64,000 nt of DNA from Oscillospiraceae bacterium (GTDB lineage: Bacteria; Bacillota; Clostridia; Oscillospirales; UBA929), in the NCBI GenBank assembly GCA_031556185.1, contig JAVBTN010000004.1, forward strand, positions 18,292 to 82,291. The letters are read 5' to 3'. A model generated the notes under the pieces. It was not told the origin of the DNA, made no database searches, and saw nothing but the letters and a program-made list of their open reading frames with translations. Position numbers and translations under genes: made by a program. This document shows, one piece after another, positions 1 through 9,692 of the stretch. Position 1 is the first letter of the stretch, and each line of letters begins with the position of its first letter.

Positions 1-325
1 GCATAACTTTGACGCGGGCATCAAAGCTGTTGACATTTGCGTGAGCTGTGAGCCGCTTGACTCCGGATGGCAAATACTGGTTTCGGACAACGGCTGCGGT
101 TTTGATGCGGACACACTCAACAGACTGCAACGACAAATGGAAGACATCCGTCAAAATCTGCTGCGCCGCCGCTCGGATTTTGCCATCGGCGGCATGGGGT
201 TGCTCAATACGTACGCGCGTTTGCTGCTGTTTTACGGAGAGGACTGTGTCTTTGTGCTGGGCAACAACGAGCCGCGAGGCGCATTTATCAAGATTGGCGT
301 GAGAATGCGGGGTGAGAAGGCATGA
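1..325 (+). CDS. Sensor histidine kinase, C-terminal fragment (the gene starts upstream of the window)
   Basis: The frame of listed ORF 41..325 is open to the window edge. ATP-lid motifs DNGCGFD and GGMGLLN are present. Its TGA overlaps the ATG of the next gene (ATGA at 322-325). Confidence 0.8.
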   Translation, partial: HNFDAGIKAVDICVSCEPLDSGWQILVSDNGCGFDADTLNRLQRQMEDIRQNLLRRRSDFAIGGMGLLNTYARLLLFYGEDCVFVLGNNEPRGAFIKIGVRMRGEKA

Positions 326-1782
326 CACGGGTGCTCATTGTCGAAGACGAACCGGCGGCCATGCGCTTTATTACCTCGCTCATAGAAACGCGCTGCAGCG
401 GATTTCACATCGTCGGTAAGGCGGAAAACGGCCGGGAGGCCATGGCGCTGCTGCAGAGTACGCCGACGGATATTGTAATCACCGACATTCAGATGTCCCC
501 GGTGGATGGCATCGAATTGGCCGAATGGATTCACAGAGAGCGACCCACCGTGCTGACAGTCATCATCAGTGGCCACAGCGACTTTGCCTATGCCAAGAGC
601 GCCATTCAATCCGGTGTGGTGGAGTACTTGCTCAAACCGATCATCCCGGCGGACTTTTCCGCCGTCATGCAACGGTTACAAACGCGTATTCGCTGCCAGC
701 AACGAGATGAGCGTTCACGCAGTTTGGGGCGTATGGCCCAGGGAGCCGACGCGGAGGCAGGCCCGACGCTGTGGGATTGTCAGAGCTATTGGTTGATGGC
801 TGTGCGTCTGGGCGGTGACGTTTCCGACCTGGCGATTGACGACTTCTGTGACAAAGACCTGGATGACGGGGGCGCGTTGATCCTAGCGCCGGGACGGGAC
901 TGCCGCGACCTGTGCCTGGCGCTGCCTGGCCATTTGGAGCGAAAACGTGTGATGGGCGTGATGGCGCATGTGACGGCGCAGGTGCCGTTTTACACCGCCC
1001 TGCTTTCAAAACAGTTGCTGACGCCGCCGTTTACCGTGATGCCGGATATGCTCTTCCGTCTTGATGAATGGGTGGTGCCCGGTCTGTCACAGACCCTGGT
1101 ATACCCGCTGCCGCCTGTGCCCAATCGCCAAATCGATTCCCAAGAGCAGCATCTGCTCAAAAAACTTCGTTATGAGGTAGTCAATGCGCTGGGCGACAGC
1201 GTGAAGGAGACGTTTGTCGCGCTGTTTTGCCTTTGGGAAGAGCACCACCAGCGGCTGGTGCTGATTGAGCCTCAACTGCAGCAGCTTGTCATGCATATCT
1301 ATGACCACGTGCCGCGCCAACATGGTCTGTCGCCGCGAGACATTGCGCTGCACGTATCTGCGGCTTGCAAGTCTGCGGTTGGGTTTCCGGATCTGTTGGG
1401 AAAAATCTGGAGTCTCTGCCAAGAGGAGCTGATGGCCTTTGCGAATCGGAGCGAAACCGGGCGACGTATGGAGAGCATTGAACATTACATACAAGAACAC
1501 CTGGGAGACCCGCTGGGCACCAGAAGCGTTTGCGCCCTGTTTGGCATCTCCACCTCATATCTGAGCCAGCTGTTCAGACGGCACCTAGACATGACGTTCA
1601 TAGAATACGTCACGCAGCGGCGTGTGGAGGAGGCCAAAAAGCTGATGAAAGATTTTCCGGCCAGGCCGCTCAAGGACATCGCCATCAGCGTGGGGTTCTC
1701 CGACCAATTTTACTTCAGCAAAGTGTTCAGAGCCATTACGGGCGTCCCGCCGTCCGAGTATCGAAGCCGTGAAAGTGTCTGA
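322..1782 (+). CDS. Response regulator with a CheY receiver and an AraC-type HTH output (YesN-like)
   Basis: N-terminal receiver (VLIVEDEP ... DIVITDIQMSPVDG ... LLKP). C-terminal AraC HTH (YLSQLFRR ... FSDQFYFSKVFR). Confidence 0.85.
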   Translation: MTRVLIVEDEPAAMRFITSLIETRCSGFHIVGKAENGREAMALLQSTPTDIVITDIQMSPVDGIELAEWIHRERPTVLTVIISGHSDFAYAKSAIQSGVVEYLLKPIIPADFSAVMQRLQTRIRCQQRDERSRSLGRMAQGADAEAGPTLWDCQSYWLMAVRLGGDVSDLAIDDFCDKDLDDGGALILAPGRDCRDLCLALPGHLERKRVMGVMAHVTAQVPFYTALLSKQLLTPPFTVMPDMLFRLDEWVVPGLSQTLVYPLPPVPNRQIDSQEQHLLKKLRYEVVNALGDSVKETFVALFCLWEEHHQRLVLIEPQLQQLVMHIYDHVPRQHGLSPRDIALHVSAACKSAVGFPDLLGKIWSLCQEELMAFANRSETGRRMESIEHYIQEHLGDPLGTRSVCALFGISTSYLSQLFRRHLDMTFIEYVTQRRVEEAKKLMKDFPARPLKDIAISVGFSDQFYFSKVFRAITGVPPSEYRSRESV

Positions 1783-1873
1783 TTTTACATGCCGACACAT
1801 TGAATATTCTATGTACTGTGACAGTGCCGTGTGGTAGGATTTTTATATAAAGCTTTTAAGGAGGGTTTTCTTG

Positions 1874-3262
1874 ATGAAAAAACACAGCAAGCGGATTATG
1901 TCGGTTGCGCTGGCGATGCTCCTGCTCCTGGTGCTGGCCTCATGCGGCACTCCTGCCGGCAACACGAGCACAACGCCCCCCGCCTCCGAAGCGCCGCCCA
2001 CCGATGCGGCCACGCCCACACCCGGCGGCACAGAGGAAACAACGCCCCCCGCCCCCGCCGAAGGTGTGAAGCTGACCTATATCATTGACCGCGACACAGA
2101 CAAGGCCGGATACACGGCCGTCATGCAGGCTTTTACCGCCAAGACCGGCATCCAGTTTGAAGAAGAACTGCGGCCCGGCGGCGCTGAAGGCGAGACAATC
2201 CTCAAAACCAGATTGGCCACCGGAGACGCCCCCGATTTCCTGTGGTTCAACTCCGGATCCCTGATGTCCACGCTCAACCCCGAGGAGAACTTTGTGGATC
2301 TGACCAGCAAGCCGTATATGTCACTGCTGCAAGACTCGTTTAAGCAGACTGTAACCGTAAACGGCAAACTCTTTGGAATCCCCGGCACGACATCCACCGC
2401 GGGCGGCTGGCTGTACAACAAAAAAGTGTATGCTGAACTGGGGCTGAGCGTGCCCAAGACGTGGGCCGAACTGCTTTCTAACTGCGATAAGATCAAAGCG
2501 GCCGGCAAGACGGCGGTCATCGGATCCTATAAAGACAGCTGGACCGCGCAGCTCATTCTGCTGGCCGACTATTACAACGTTCAGGCGCAGGTGCCCACGT
2601 TCGCGGCCGATTTTGACAGCAACAAAGCCAAATATGCCACTACTCCGCAGGCGATGCGCGCCTTTGAAAAACTGGCCGAAGTGTACGAAAAAGATTACCT
2701 CAACAAAGATTATCTGGCTACGACCTATGACCTGGCTTTGGAGATGCTTGTCAACGGTGACGGCGTGCAGTATCCCATGCTGACATTCGCCTTGAGCAAT
2801 ATCTTTACCACCTATGGACAAGAAGCAGTCGACAACATCGGCGTGTTTGCCCAGCCGAGTGACGCCGCCGCCATCAATGGCCTGACAGTGTGGATGCCGA
2901 GCGGATGGTTTGCCTGCAAAGAATCCGCCAATCTGGACGCTGTGGATCAGTTCTTTGACTTCTACCTCTCGCCCGAGGGCCAGGCGGTACTGTCTGGCGC
3001 GGCGCGCGGTGACGGCCCGAGCGTGGTCATCGGCGCGGTACTGCCTGACAACGCCTACGCCGGCGTCAAAGAGATGATGCAGTATTTCGATGCCGGGACG
3101 ACAGCGCCTGCCTTGGAGTTCATCACGTCCGTCAAAGGGCCCAACTCCCCGCAGATTTGCGTGGAAGCGGGCACGGGCATGAAGACCCCGGCCGAAAGCG
3201 CGGCCGAGTATGACAAGGACGTGGAAAAGCAAGCCAAACAACTGGGTCTCGCGGGCTGGTAA
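1874..3262 (+). CDS. ABC transporter extracellular sugar-binding lipoprotein (family 1 SBP)
   Basis: AAGGAGG lies 9 nt upstream of ATG 1874. Signal peptide with lipobox LASCG and a Thr/Pro-rich tether. Size and position fit a CUT1 importer. Confidence 0.85.
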   Translation: MKKHSKRIMSVALAMLLLLVLASCGTPAGNTSTTPPASEAPPTDAATPTPGGTEETTPPAPAEGVKLTYIIDRDTDKAGYTAVMQAFTAKTGIQFEEELRPGGAEGETILKTRLATGDAPDFLWFNSGSLMSTLNPEENFVDLTSKPYMSLLQDSFKQTVTVNGKLFGIPGTTSTAGGWLYNKKVYAELGLSVPKTWAELLSNCDKIKAAGKTAVIGSYKDSWTAQLILLADYYNVQAQVPTFAADFDSNKAKYATTPQAMRAFEKLAEVYEKDYLNKDYLATTYDLALEMLVNGDGVQYPMLTFALSNIFTTYGQEAVDNIGVFAQPSDAAAINGLTVWMPSGWFACKESANLDAVDQFFDFYLSPEGQAVLSGAARGDGPSVVIGAVLPDNAYAGVKEMMQYFDAGTTAPALEFITSVKGPNSPQICVEAGTGMKTPAESAAEYDKDVEKQAKQLGLAGW

Positions 3263-3347
3263 TTCTCCTCGCGTCATTTGGTAGCACATGGGGGGGACTG
3301 GGGCATTGTCCTCAGTCCCCCTTATTCTTTTCGGGAGGAGCGGTCGT

Positions 3348-4208
3348 ATGCCCAAAAAGGTCTATTCCTACGGATTTTTACTGCCGGCAGGGTTAATCTA
3401 CGTTTTGATTTTTATTGTTCCGACCATTATGTCTTTCTTCTTCAGCATGACCTGGTGGACACTCGAGGAGTGGAAGTACATTGGGTTTGAAAACTTTGTC
3501 ACCTTTTTTACCGAGAGCAGCATGTCCATCGGACTCAAAAACACACTTATATATGCGGTGTGCACCAGTGGTATCAAAGTTGTTCTGGGGCTGTTGCTGG
3601 GCTCTTTCCTCTGCTCCCACTTGAAGACTAAGGCGTTCCTGCGGTCGATGGTGTTTTTCCCCAACCTGTTGAGCACCATGGCCGTCGGCATTGCGTTTTC
3701 CAGCTTGATGCACCCTACCAGAGGGCTCATCAACAGCTTTTTTAGCATTTTTGGCATTGCCGGACCAGACTGGCTGGGCAATGTCAAGCTGGCGCTCGGG
3801 TCTGTCATTTTTGTCGATGTGTGGAAGGGAGTCGGTATGGCCACAGTCATCTACATCGCCGGCATTATGTCCATCGATCAGCAGTACTATGAAGCGCTGC
3901 AAATTGACGGCGGCGGCGCGCTGCAAAAGTTCCGCTATATTACCGTTCCCCTCTGCCGGCCGGCCATGAACTCGGTCATCATCTTGTCTTTCATCGGCGG
4001 GCTTCGCACTTTCGACCTGATTTGGGTCATGACAGGCGGCGGTCCCGGCTTTACCACCGACCTGCTGGCCTCGGTCATTTACAAGCAGTACAGTAACGGA
4101 TATTTTGGCCTGGCCACCGCCGGCAACGTCGTACTGTTCGCCATCGTATCTCTTTTGGCGTTCCCGCTGTTTTCCTACCTCAACCGGAAGGGGGCGTCGG
4201 CCTCATGA
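3348..4208 (+). CDS. Carbohydrate ABC transporter permease (MalF/UgpA type)
   Basis: ATG 3348 follows GGAGGAG. Multi-TM protein with an EAA-like loop (YYEALQIDGGGALQKFRYITVP). Confidence 0.85.
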   Translation: MPKKVYSYGFLLPAGLIYVLIFIVPTIMSFFFSMTWWTLEEWKYIGFENFVTFFTESSMSIGLKNTLIYAVCTSGIKVVLGLLLGSFLCSHLKTKAFLRSMVFFPNLLSTMAVGIAFSSLMHPTRGLINSFFSIFGIAGPDWLGNVKLALGSVIFVDVWKGVGMATVIYIAGIMSIDQQYYEALQIDGGGALQKFRYITVPLCRPAMNSVIILSFIGGLRTFDLIWVMTGGGPGFTTDLLASVIYKQYSNGYFGLATAGNVVLFAIVSLLAFPLFSYLNRKGASAS

Positions 4209-5050
4209 AATTGAAAGCCGGAAAAAGGAAGGTACTGCAGTTTACCAAAGAAGCCGTTGCCGTTTTTTTGTCTCTTGTGCTTTTCGGCATCCCCTATTAT
4301 TATGTCATTGTCAACTCGGCCAAAAACAAGGCGGGCGCCGCCCAGATGAACTTAAACTTTCCCAGCCCGTTTGTGGCCCAGGACAATTATGCCACCATCA
4401 TATCCGAGCAAAACAACATGGTCATCCGCGGTTTTTTCAACAGCACCATTATTACCATTGCGTCTATCGCCATTTTAATTCTGGCGTGCGCCATGGCCGG
4501 CTATGTTCTGCAGCGCCGCTCCGGGAAAGCCACCAGTTTTTTCAACTTTTTAGCCCTAGCGGGCCTGATGATTCCGCCCGCCATTGTGCCCACCATTTGG
4601 GTGCTCAAGGGCATTGGTGTGTATCGTTCGCTTCTTGGCATGGTAGTGGTGGAGGTGGCGCTGAGCATTCCGTTCTCTCTGATGCTCTATCGCAGTTTTG
4701 TCGCTACCATTCCCCGAGAAATTGACGAGGCGGCCTTTGTGGATGGCTGCGGGCGGCTGCGGTTCTTTTTTCAGATGGTGTTTCCGTTACTAAAACCGGT
4801 GACAGCCACCGTCATTGTGCTCTCGGCTGTCAATATTTACAACGACTTTGTCAACCCACTCTATTTTTTGCCACGCGCCGAAAATGTGACAATTCAGATG
4901 ACCATGTACAACTTTTTCGGGCGTTACGCCAGCAGTTGGAACTTGCTGTTTGCCAATGTGGTGCTCATCTCACTGCCCCCGCTCCTTTTGTTTATTTTCT
5001 TCAACAAACGCATTGTCTCCGGCATGGTGGCCGGAGCGGTCAAAGGATAA
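4205..5050 (+). CDS. Carbohydrate ABC transporter permease (MalG/UgpE type)
   Basis: ATGA overlap with the upstream permease. EAA loop (DEAAFVDGCGRLRFFFQMVFPLLKP). Multi-TM. Confidence 0.85.
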   Translation: MKLKAGKRKVLQFTKEAVAVFLSLVLFGIPYYYVIVNSAKNKAGAAQMNLNFPSPFVAQDNYATIISEQNNMVIRGFFNSTIITIASIAILILACAMAGYVLQRRSGKATSFFNFLALAGLMIPPAIVPTIWVLKGIGVYRSLLGMVVVEVALSIPFSLMLYRSFVATIPREIDEAAFVDGCGRLRFFFQMVFPLLKPVTATVIVLSAVNIYNDFVNPLYFLPRAENVTIQMTMYNFFGRYASSWNLLFANVVLISLPPLLLFIFFNKRIVSGMVAGAVKG

Positions 5051-5078
5051 CGCCTGAATCAAAGGAAGGAGAAACATC

Positions 5079-7652
5079 ATGTTGACGCCAGTCCACCTGC
5101 AGTATGTATCCTCGCAGCTCTCCTGGACGCTGACCTCCGACAAGGAGCAGATCACGCAGGCATCTTACCAGGTGCAGTTTTCTTGTTCAGATACCTTCGA
5201 CAAGCTGCTGTGGGATTCGCAGACAGTTTCCGATATGTCGTCGGTGTGCGTGCCTTATGGCGGACCGCCGCTGCCGCCGGGCGAGGAAATCTGCTGGCGC
5301 GTGCGTGTCATCGACAACGCAGGAGAGGAGAGCGGATGGAGCGAAACCGCGCAATTTATCAACGGTTTGGCTCCCGGAGACTGGCAGGCGCGCTTTATCA
5401 CACCGGACACCGACGAAGACGCGGCGCAGTCGGCCGGCAAATTGCTGCGGCGGACATTTTCCCTTGACGGCGAGGTGGCGCGCGCGATTGTATACGTGAC
5501 GGCCCTGGGGCTGTATGAGCTGCATATCAACGGCGTCCGAGTGGGCGAAGATTTGCTGACACCTGGCTGGACTGAGTATAACAAACGGCTGCTGCATCAG
5601 AGCTACGATGTGACGCCGCTGCTGCGCAAGGGTGACAACGCCGTCGGCGCCATGCTGGGGGCGGGGTGGTACAAAGGCGATCTGGCCGGCTGGATTGGCC
5701 GGCGCAACATATATGGCCGCCATACGGCGCTCTTGATGCAGATGACGGTACGTCTGACAGACGGACGTGAGGTTTGCGTGTTCTCCGATGCCGACTGGCG
5801 CTGCAGTGACGGTCCGGTGCTGTATGCGGAGCTCTACCACGGAGAATCGTACGACGCGCGGCTTGCGCGCGCAGGATGGAACACAGCTGACTATGATGAC
5901 GTCGGCTGGACGCCTGTGCGTGTCATGGAGCATACAACGGACACTGTGACGCCGCAAGACGGCCCGACGGTGCGCCGCCAGGAAGTGTTGCCGGTTCAGT
6001 CTTTGATTTGCACGCCCGCGGGCGAAAATGTTCTTGATTTTGGGCAAAACATTGCCGGTTGGGTACGCTTTCGCGTGAATGGACAGGCGGGCCAACGAGT
6101 GGTGCTCCGGCACGCCGAGGTGCTCGACCGCGACGGCCTGTTTTATACTGCCAATATGCGCTCTGCCAGAAATGAAATCGTATACACGCTCAAAGGCGAC
6201 GGCGAGGAGGTCTTTGAGCCGCATTTTACATTTCAGGGGTTTCGGTATGTGCAGGTCGTGGAGTTCCCTCAAACCATTGAACCGGAACAATTCGAAGCGG
6301 TAGTCATTCATTCGGCTATGGAGAGAACCGGATGGTTCTCCTGCTCGGATGAAAGGCTCAACCAGCTTCATCACAATATTTTGTGGGGCCTTAAGGGCAA
6401 TTTTGTGGATGTGTGTACCGATTGCCCGCAGCGCGACGAGCGCCTCGGATGGACCGGTGACGCGCAGGTATTTGCGCGCACAGCCACGTATTTGATGGAC
6501 ACCCGGATCTTCTTTCAAAAGTGGCTGCGGGATTTGCGCGCCGCGCAATATGAAAACGGCGGTGTGCCATTTGTCGTGCCAGACGTGCTCTCCGGGCAAT
6601 TCCCGCCCGGCGACGTCATCAGCAACGCCGATCCGGTGACCGGCTGGGGCGACGCGGCCGTGATCAATCCATGGACGGTATATGTGGCCTATGGTGACAA
6701 AGGCTTGCTGGCCGAGTGCTATGAGAGCATGAAGGCCTGGGTGGAATACATCAGAACCCTTGCGACCGACGGCCTGCTTTGGAACACCGGTTTCCAGTTG
6801 GGAGACTGGGTGGCGCTCGACGCGAAGGAGGGCAGCTACTATGGCGCAACGGCCACCGATCTGATTGCCACGGCTTACTACGCCCATGTGACCCGGCTGC
6901 TTTCCCGTGCGGCTCATGTGCTTGGCAACGAAGAAGATGCGTCCCATTACGCCGCGCTGCGAACGGACATCGGCGCGGCCTATGCCGACGAATTTTTTTC
7001 GCGGACGGGGCGGTTGGTGTCTCCGACACAAACGGCGCATATCCTCTCGCTGGCGTTTGACTTGACGCCGGAGGCGTTTAAGCCGCGCATCGTGAAAGAC
7101 TTACTGTCGCTGTTGGATGCCAGCAATGGCCACTTGACAACCGGCTTTTTGGGAACGCCGTACTTTTGCCAGGTGCTGGCAGACAACGGATGCCTGCGGG
7201 AGGCTTACGAACTGCTTTTGAAAGACGACTACCCCTCGTGGCTGTACCAAATTACCAAGGGCGCTACCACGGTCTGGGAGCACTGGGACGGCATCAAACC
7301 GGACGGCAGCATGTGGAGCGCCGACATGAACTCGTTTAACCACTACGCCTACGGCTCCGTGGGAGAATTTTTATATCGTGTGATTGCGGGCATTGACACC
7401 GACCCGGAGCAGGTTGGCTATCGCAAACTCGTCATACGGCCACGGCCCGGCGGCGGCCTAACGCACGCCTCAGCGGCTGTCATGACGCCATATGGCCGTG
7501 CGGAGTCCTCTTGGCGCATTGATGGCAGCGAGCACTTCCGGCTCAATGTCACTGTCCCGCACAACACCACCGCGGCGGTCACGCTGCCGGACGGCGCGCA
7601 GCATGTCGTCGGTTCCGGCCGCTACGATTTCACCTGCACACTGTCACATTGA
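5079..7652 (+). CDS. Alpha-L-rhamnosidase (GH78 family)
   Basis: 857 aa. Good RBS (AAGGAAGGAG). Core motif CPQRDERLGWTGDAQVF and the overall N-domain/six-hairpin layout are typical of GH78. Confidence 0.8.
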   Translation: MLTPVHLQYVSSQLSWTLTSDKEQITQASYQVQFSCSDTFDKLLWDSQTVSDMSSVCVPYGGPPLPPGEEICWRVRVIDNAGEESGWSETAQFINGLAPGDWQARFITPDTDEDAAQSAGKLLRRTFSLDGEVARAIVYVTALGLYELHINGVRVGEDLLTPGWTEYNKRLLHQSYDVTPLLRKGDNAVGAMLGAGWYKGDLAGWIGRRNIYGRHTALLMQMTVRLTDGREVCVFSDADWRCSDGPVLYAELYHGESYDARLARAGWNTADYDDVGWTPVRVMEHTTDTVTPQDGPTVRRQEVLPVQSLICTPAGENVLDFGQNIAGWVRFRVNGQAGQRVVLRHAEVLDRDGLFYTANMRSARNEIVYTLKGDGEEVFEPHFTFQGFRYVQVVEFPQTIEPEQFEAVVIHSAMERTGWFSCSDERLNQLHHNILWGLKGNFVDVCTDCPQRDERLGWTGDAQVFARTATYLMDTRIFFQKWLRDLRAAQYENGGVPFVVPDVLSGQFPPGDVISNADPVTGWGDAAVINPWTVYVAYGDKGLLAECYESMKAWVEYIRTLATDGLLWNTGFQLGDWVALDAKEGSYYGATATDLIATAYYAHVTRLLSRAAHVLGNEEDASHYAALRTDIGAAYADEFFSRTGRLVSPTQTAHILSLAFDLTPEAFKPRIVKDLLSLLDASNGHLTTGFLGTPYFCQVLADNGCLREAYELLLKDDYPSWLYQITKGATTVWEHWDGIKPDGSMWSADMNSFNHYAYGSVGEFLYRVIAGIDTDPEQVGYRKLVIRPRPGGGLTHASAAVMTPYGRAESSWRIDGSEHFRLNVTVPHNTTAAVTLPDGAQHVVGSGRYDFTCTLSH

Positions 7653-7680
7653 CCGTCTTTAGACAAAGCTACAAATACAA

Positions 7681-7708
7681 AAATCCCCTCGCCGCAGCGA
7701 GGGGATTT
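7681..7708. terminator. Bidirectional intrinsic terminator between convergent genes
   Basis: Perfect 12-bp stem aaatcccctcgc / gcgaggggattt with a 4-nt loop. A-run on one side and T-rich on the other. Confidence 0.7.
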
Positions 7709-7762
7709 CTCTTGCGCAGTTTTGCAAAACCGCCAGCGTGTCGAAACCAAAGACGCTGCCGA

Positions 7763-8200
7763 TCAATAGCCCTGCTCTTCCAGCAGACCGACAGCACTTA
7801 CGATTAGTGGCACGCAGGTCTTATCAAACAGATTTTGCTGGACGGCCATTGCCATGCCCTCCGGCGTGGACGTTTCGCAGCCGAGGAGATCACGACAGGT
7901 CAGCGCGCCGTTCGCCTGGCGAAACGCATCGACAAACGCCCGCACGTTGGCGCCGCATAGCGCCTTTGACTCTTTGTCACCGGGGTTTGTCTGCCCGTAT
8001 TTGAGACCGATGACAATAACAGCGCCGGAAGCAGCTCCGCAAATTTCACCGCTGCGGCATCCGCCGCCCAGCCCGCCGGCCGCACGCAGCGCCACCGTTT
8101 CGTCCATCCCATACGACACGGCAAATGCCAGCAGCACCGCCTGTGCGCAGTTAAAGCCGCTCCGGTAAAGGGCCACGGCCTTGTCAGTCTTGAGACTCAT
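7763..8200 (-). CDS. C_GCAxxG_C_C family (putative redox-active) protein
   Basis: Has FNCAQAVL near the N-terminus and GGGCRSGEICGAASGA centrally, the family signature. Confidence 0.7.
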   Translation of the reverse strand: MSLKTDKAVALYRSGFNCAQAVLLAFAVSYGMDETVALRAAGGLGGGCRSGEICGAASGAVIVIGLKYGQTNPGDKESKALCGANVRAFVDAFRQANGALTCRDLLGCETSTPEGMAMAVQQNLFDKTCVPLIVSAVGLLEEQGY

Positions 8201-8349
8201 TCGATTACCACCTTACTCATGATCAGGAGTGCGCCGCAACGCACAACCCACCTTTGACCATGCCCTGCGCACAAACGGTGCCAAAACGGGAAGTGCGCTT
8301 CCCGTCTCGCTTTCCGCCGCGTCCAAGACACCGACTCGTCGGCCGTGTG

Positions 8350-9360
8350 TCACTCCGGACGCGGCTCAACGGCACTCACGCTGCCGTTGATGATGTCGTA
8401 ACAGAGCTTGCCGGACGCAAAAATCGCCCCTTCAATGTCGTCCGGTTCCACACCAAAAGCGTCGACAATGGTTGTCTTGTCAATGTACATCTCGGCGTAC
8501 ATGGAGTCAATAAACGTGCTGACGTTGAGACCGCTCTCAACACTTTCTTTGTCTTTGCGCAAAGTTATTTTACAGTAGAGGCGGAAAACCCACTTGGGTA
8601 TGTTAAAGATGGGTTTGCGAGGGGTGTTGTCAGCCCGGTGCATAATCGTCAACAATTCGTTCCAGTTCATGTAGTAGTAGCCGACAGGGTAGGCCTGGCC
8701 GCCGCGGTTGTTCTCGACAGCGCCGGCAATACATTGGCCGGCCTGTTTGACGGTGATCATCGTTGTGCCGCCGCTGGGATAAAAGGTGGCCGGTTTCATG
8801 CGGCGGATCATTTTCGCCAAAAACATCCACACTGGCTGACGCCCGGACTGCACACCAAAGATATAGGGAAACTCCAAAACGGCAACATGAAAGTTGTCGT
8901 CGGCGAAAGAAAGAGCCAACTCTTCCTGCACCGTGCGCGACCGAATATACGGGTGCTGCTGCGACAACAATTGTTCAGGCCATTTGCGATCAAAATGTAC
9001 AAAGTACGACCCGCAGACAACAACATGTTTGATGCCGCAAGAGCGGGCCAGCGGCAGCAGCCGGGCGAGCGGGTCGATGTTGTACTTCTTATAGAGATTG
9101 TATATGGGAGCGGGCCCCTCTACGCGCTCATCAATGCCCGCGGCAAACACAAGACCCTCGCAGCCGTCCATAAACCGGCGCAAATCGCCGTCAGACATGT
9201 CCAAATAATTGCCGTAGTGAAAGGTCATGCCCGGCGTGTTGCTGAATATGGAATGCATGGGTCGCAAAGAGATAGAGAGAACACAATGTCCTCTCCGAAT
9301 CAATTCCTGTGCCCCTTCAAACCCAAGTAGACCGGTGCCGCCGATTACGAGTATTTTCAT
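8350..9360 (-). CDS. NAD-dependent epimerase/dehydratase family (extended SDR) protein
   Basis: Rossmann motif MKILVIGGTGLLG lies at the internal ATG (9360). The upstream extension to 9390 is probably not translated. Confidence 0.75.
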   Translation of the reverse strand: MKILVIGGTGLLGFEGAQELIRRGHCVLSISLRPMHSIFSNTPGMTFHYGNYLDMSDGDLRRFMDGCEGLVFAAGIDERVEGPAPIYNLYKKYNIDPLARLLPLARSCGIKHVVVCGSYFVHFDRKWPEQLLSQQHPYIRSRTVQEELALSFADDNFHVAVLEFPYIFGVQSGRQPVWMFLAKMIRRMKPATFYPSGGTTMITVKQAGQCIAGAVENNRGGQAYPVGYYYMNWNELLTIMHRADNTPRKPIFNIPKWVFRLYCKITLRKDKESVESGLNVSTFIDSMYAEMYIDKTTIVDAFGVEPDDIEGAIFASGKLCYDIINGSVSAVEPRPE

Positions 9361-9619
9361 GAAAAATCTTCCATAATCTTGTTTTTTCACATTATCTCAC
9401 ACAAATTAAAACATTTCAACACTTTTTTCAAAAATAGTAAGGAATGCAATAATTGTAAATAAAAGTGAATTATATAAAAAAAGAAGAAAATGTGCTAAAA
9501 AATAAATGATTTTCGATGGAAATTCTCTTTTATTACCAATAAGGGCACATGAGAGTAATTGCGGTATTACAAATATTTCCTACAAGTTGAAAAGATCAAC
9601 TGACAAAGAATGCGTCATC

Positions 9620-9648
9620 TTGCCTGCAGCGGCCCAATGGGATATAAT
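9620..9648 (+). promoter_or_regulatory. Sigma-A-type promoter upstream of ispE
   Basis: TTGCCT (9620-9625), a 17-nt spacer, then TATAAT (9643-9648). It sits inside a 300-bp AT-rich divergent intergenic region. Confidence 0.5.
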
Positions 9649-9692
9649 CAATGAGGCCATAAGGCCGGATTTCAAACAAAGGATGAAACCTC

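Noticed and set aside
5187-7040. Very long ORFs antisense to, or out of frame with, well-supported genes. Examples: 5187..7040 (-), 8254..9330 (+), 9672..10742 (-), 13168..14352 (-), 16128..17231 (-), 24904..26049 (-), 33066..34001 (-), 34626..35501 (-), 38378..39106 (+), 40926..41897 (+), 60514..61131 (-), 61251..61919 (+).
   Set aside because: These are shadow ORFs, as expected in high-GC DNA. Their translations are Arg/Ala/Gly/Pro-rich with no motifs, while the opposite or alternate frame encodes a recognisable protein with an RBS.
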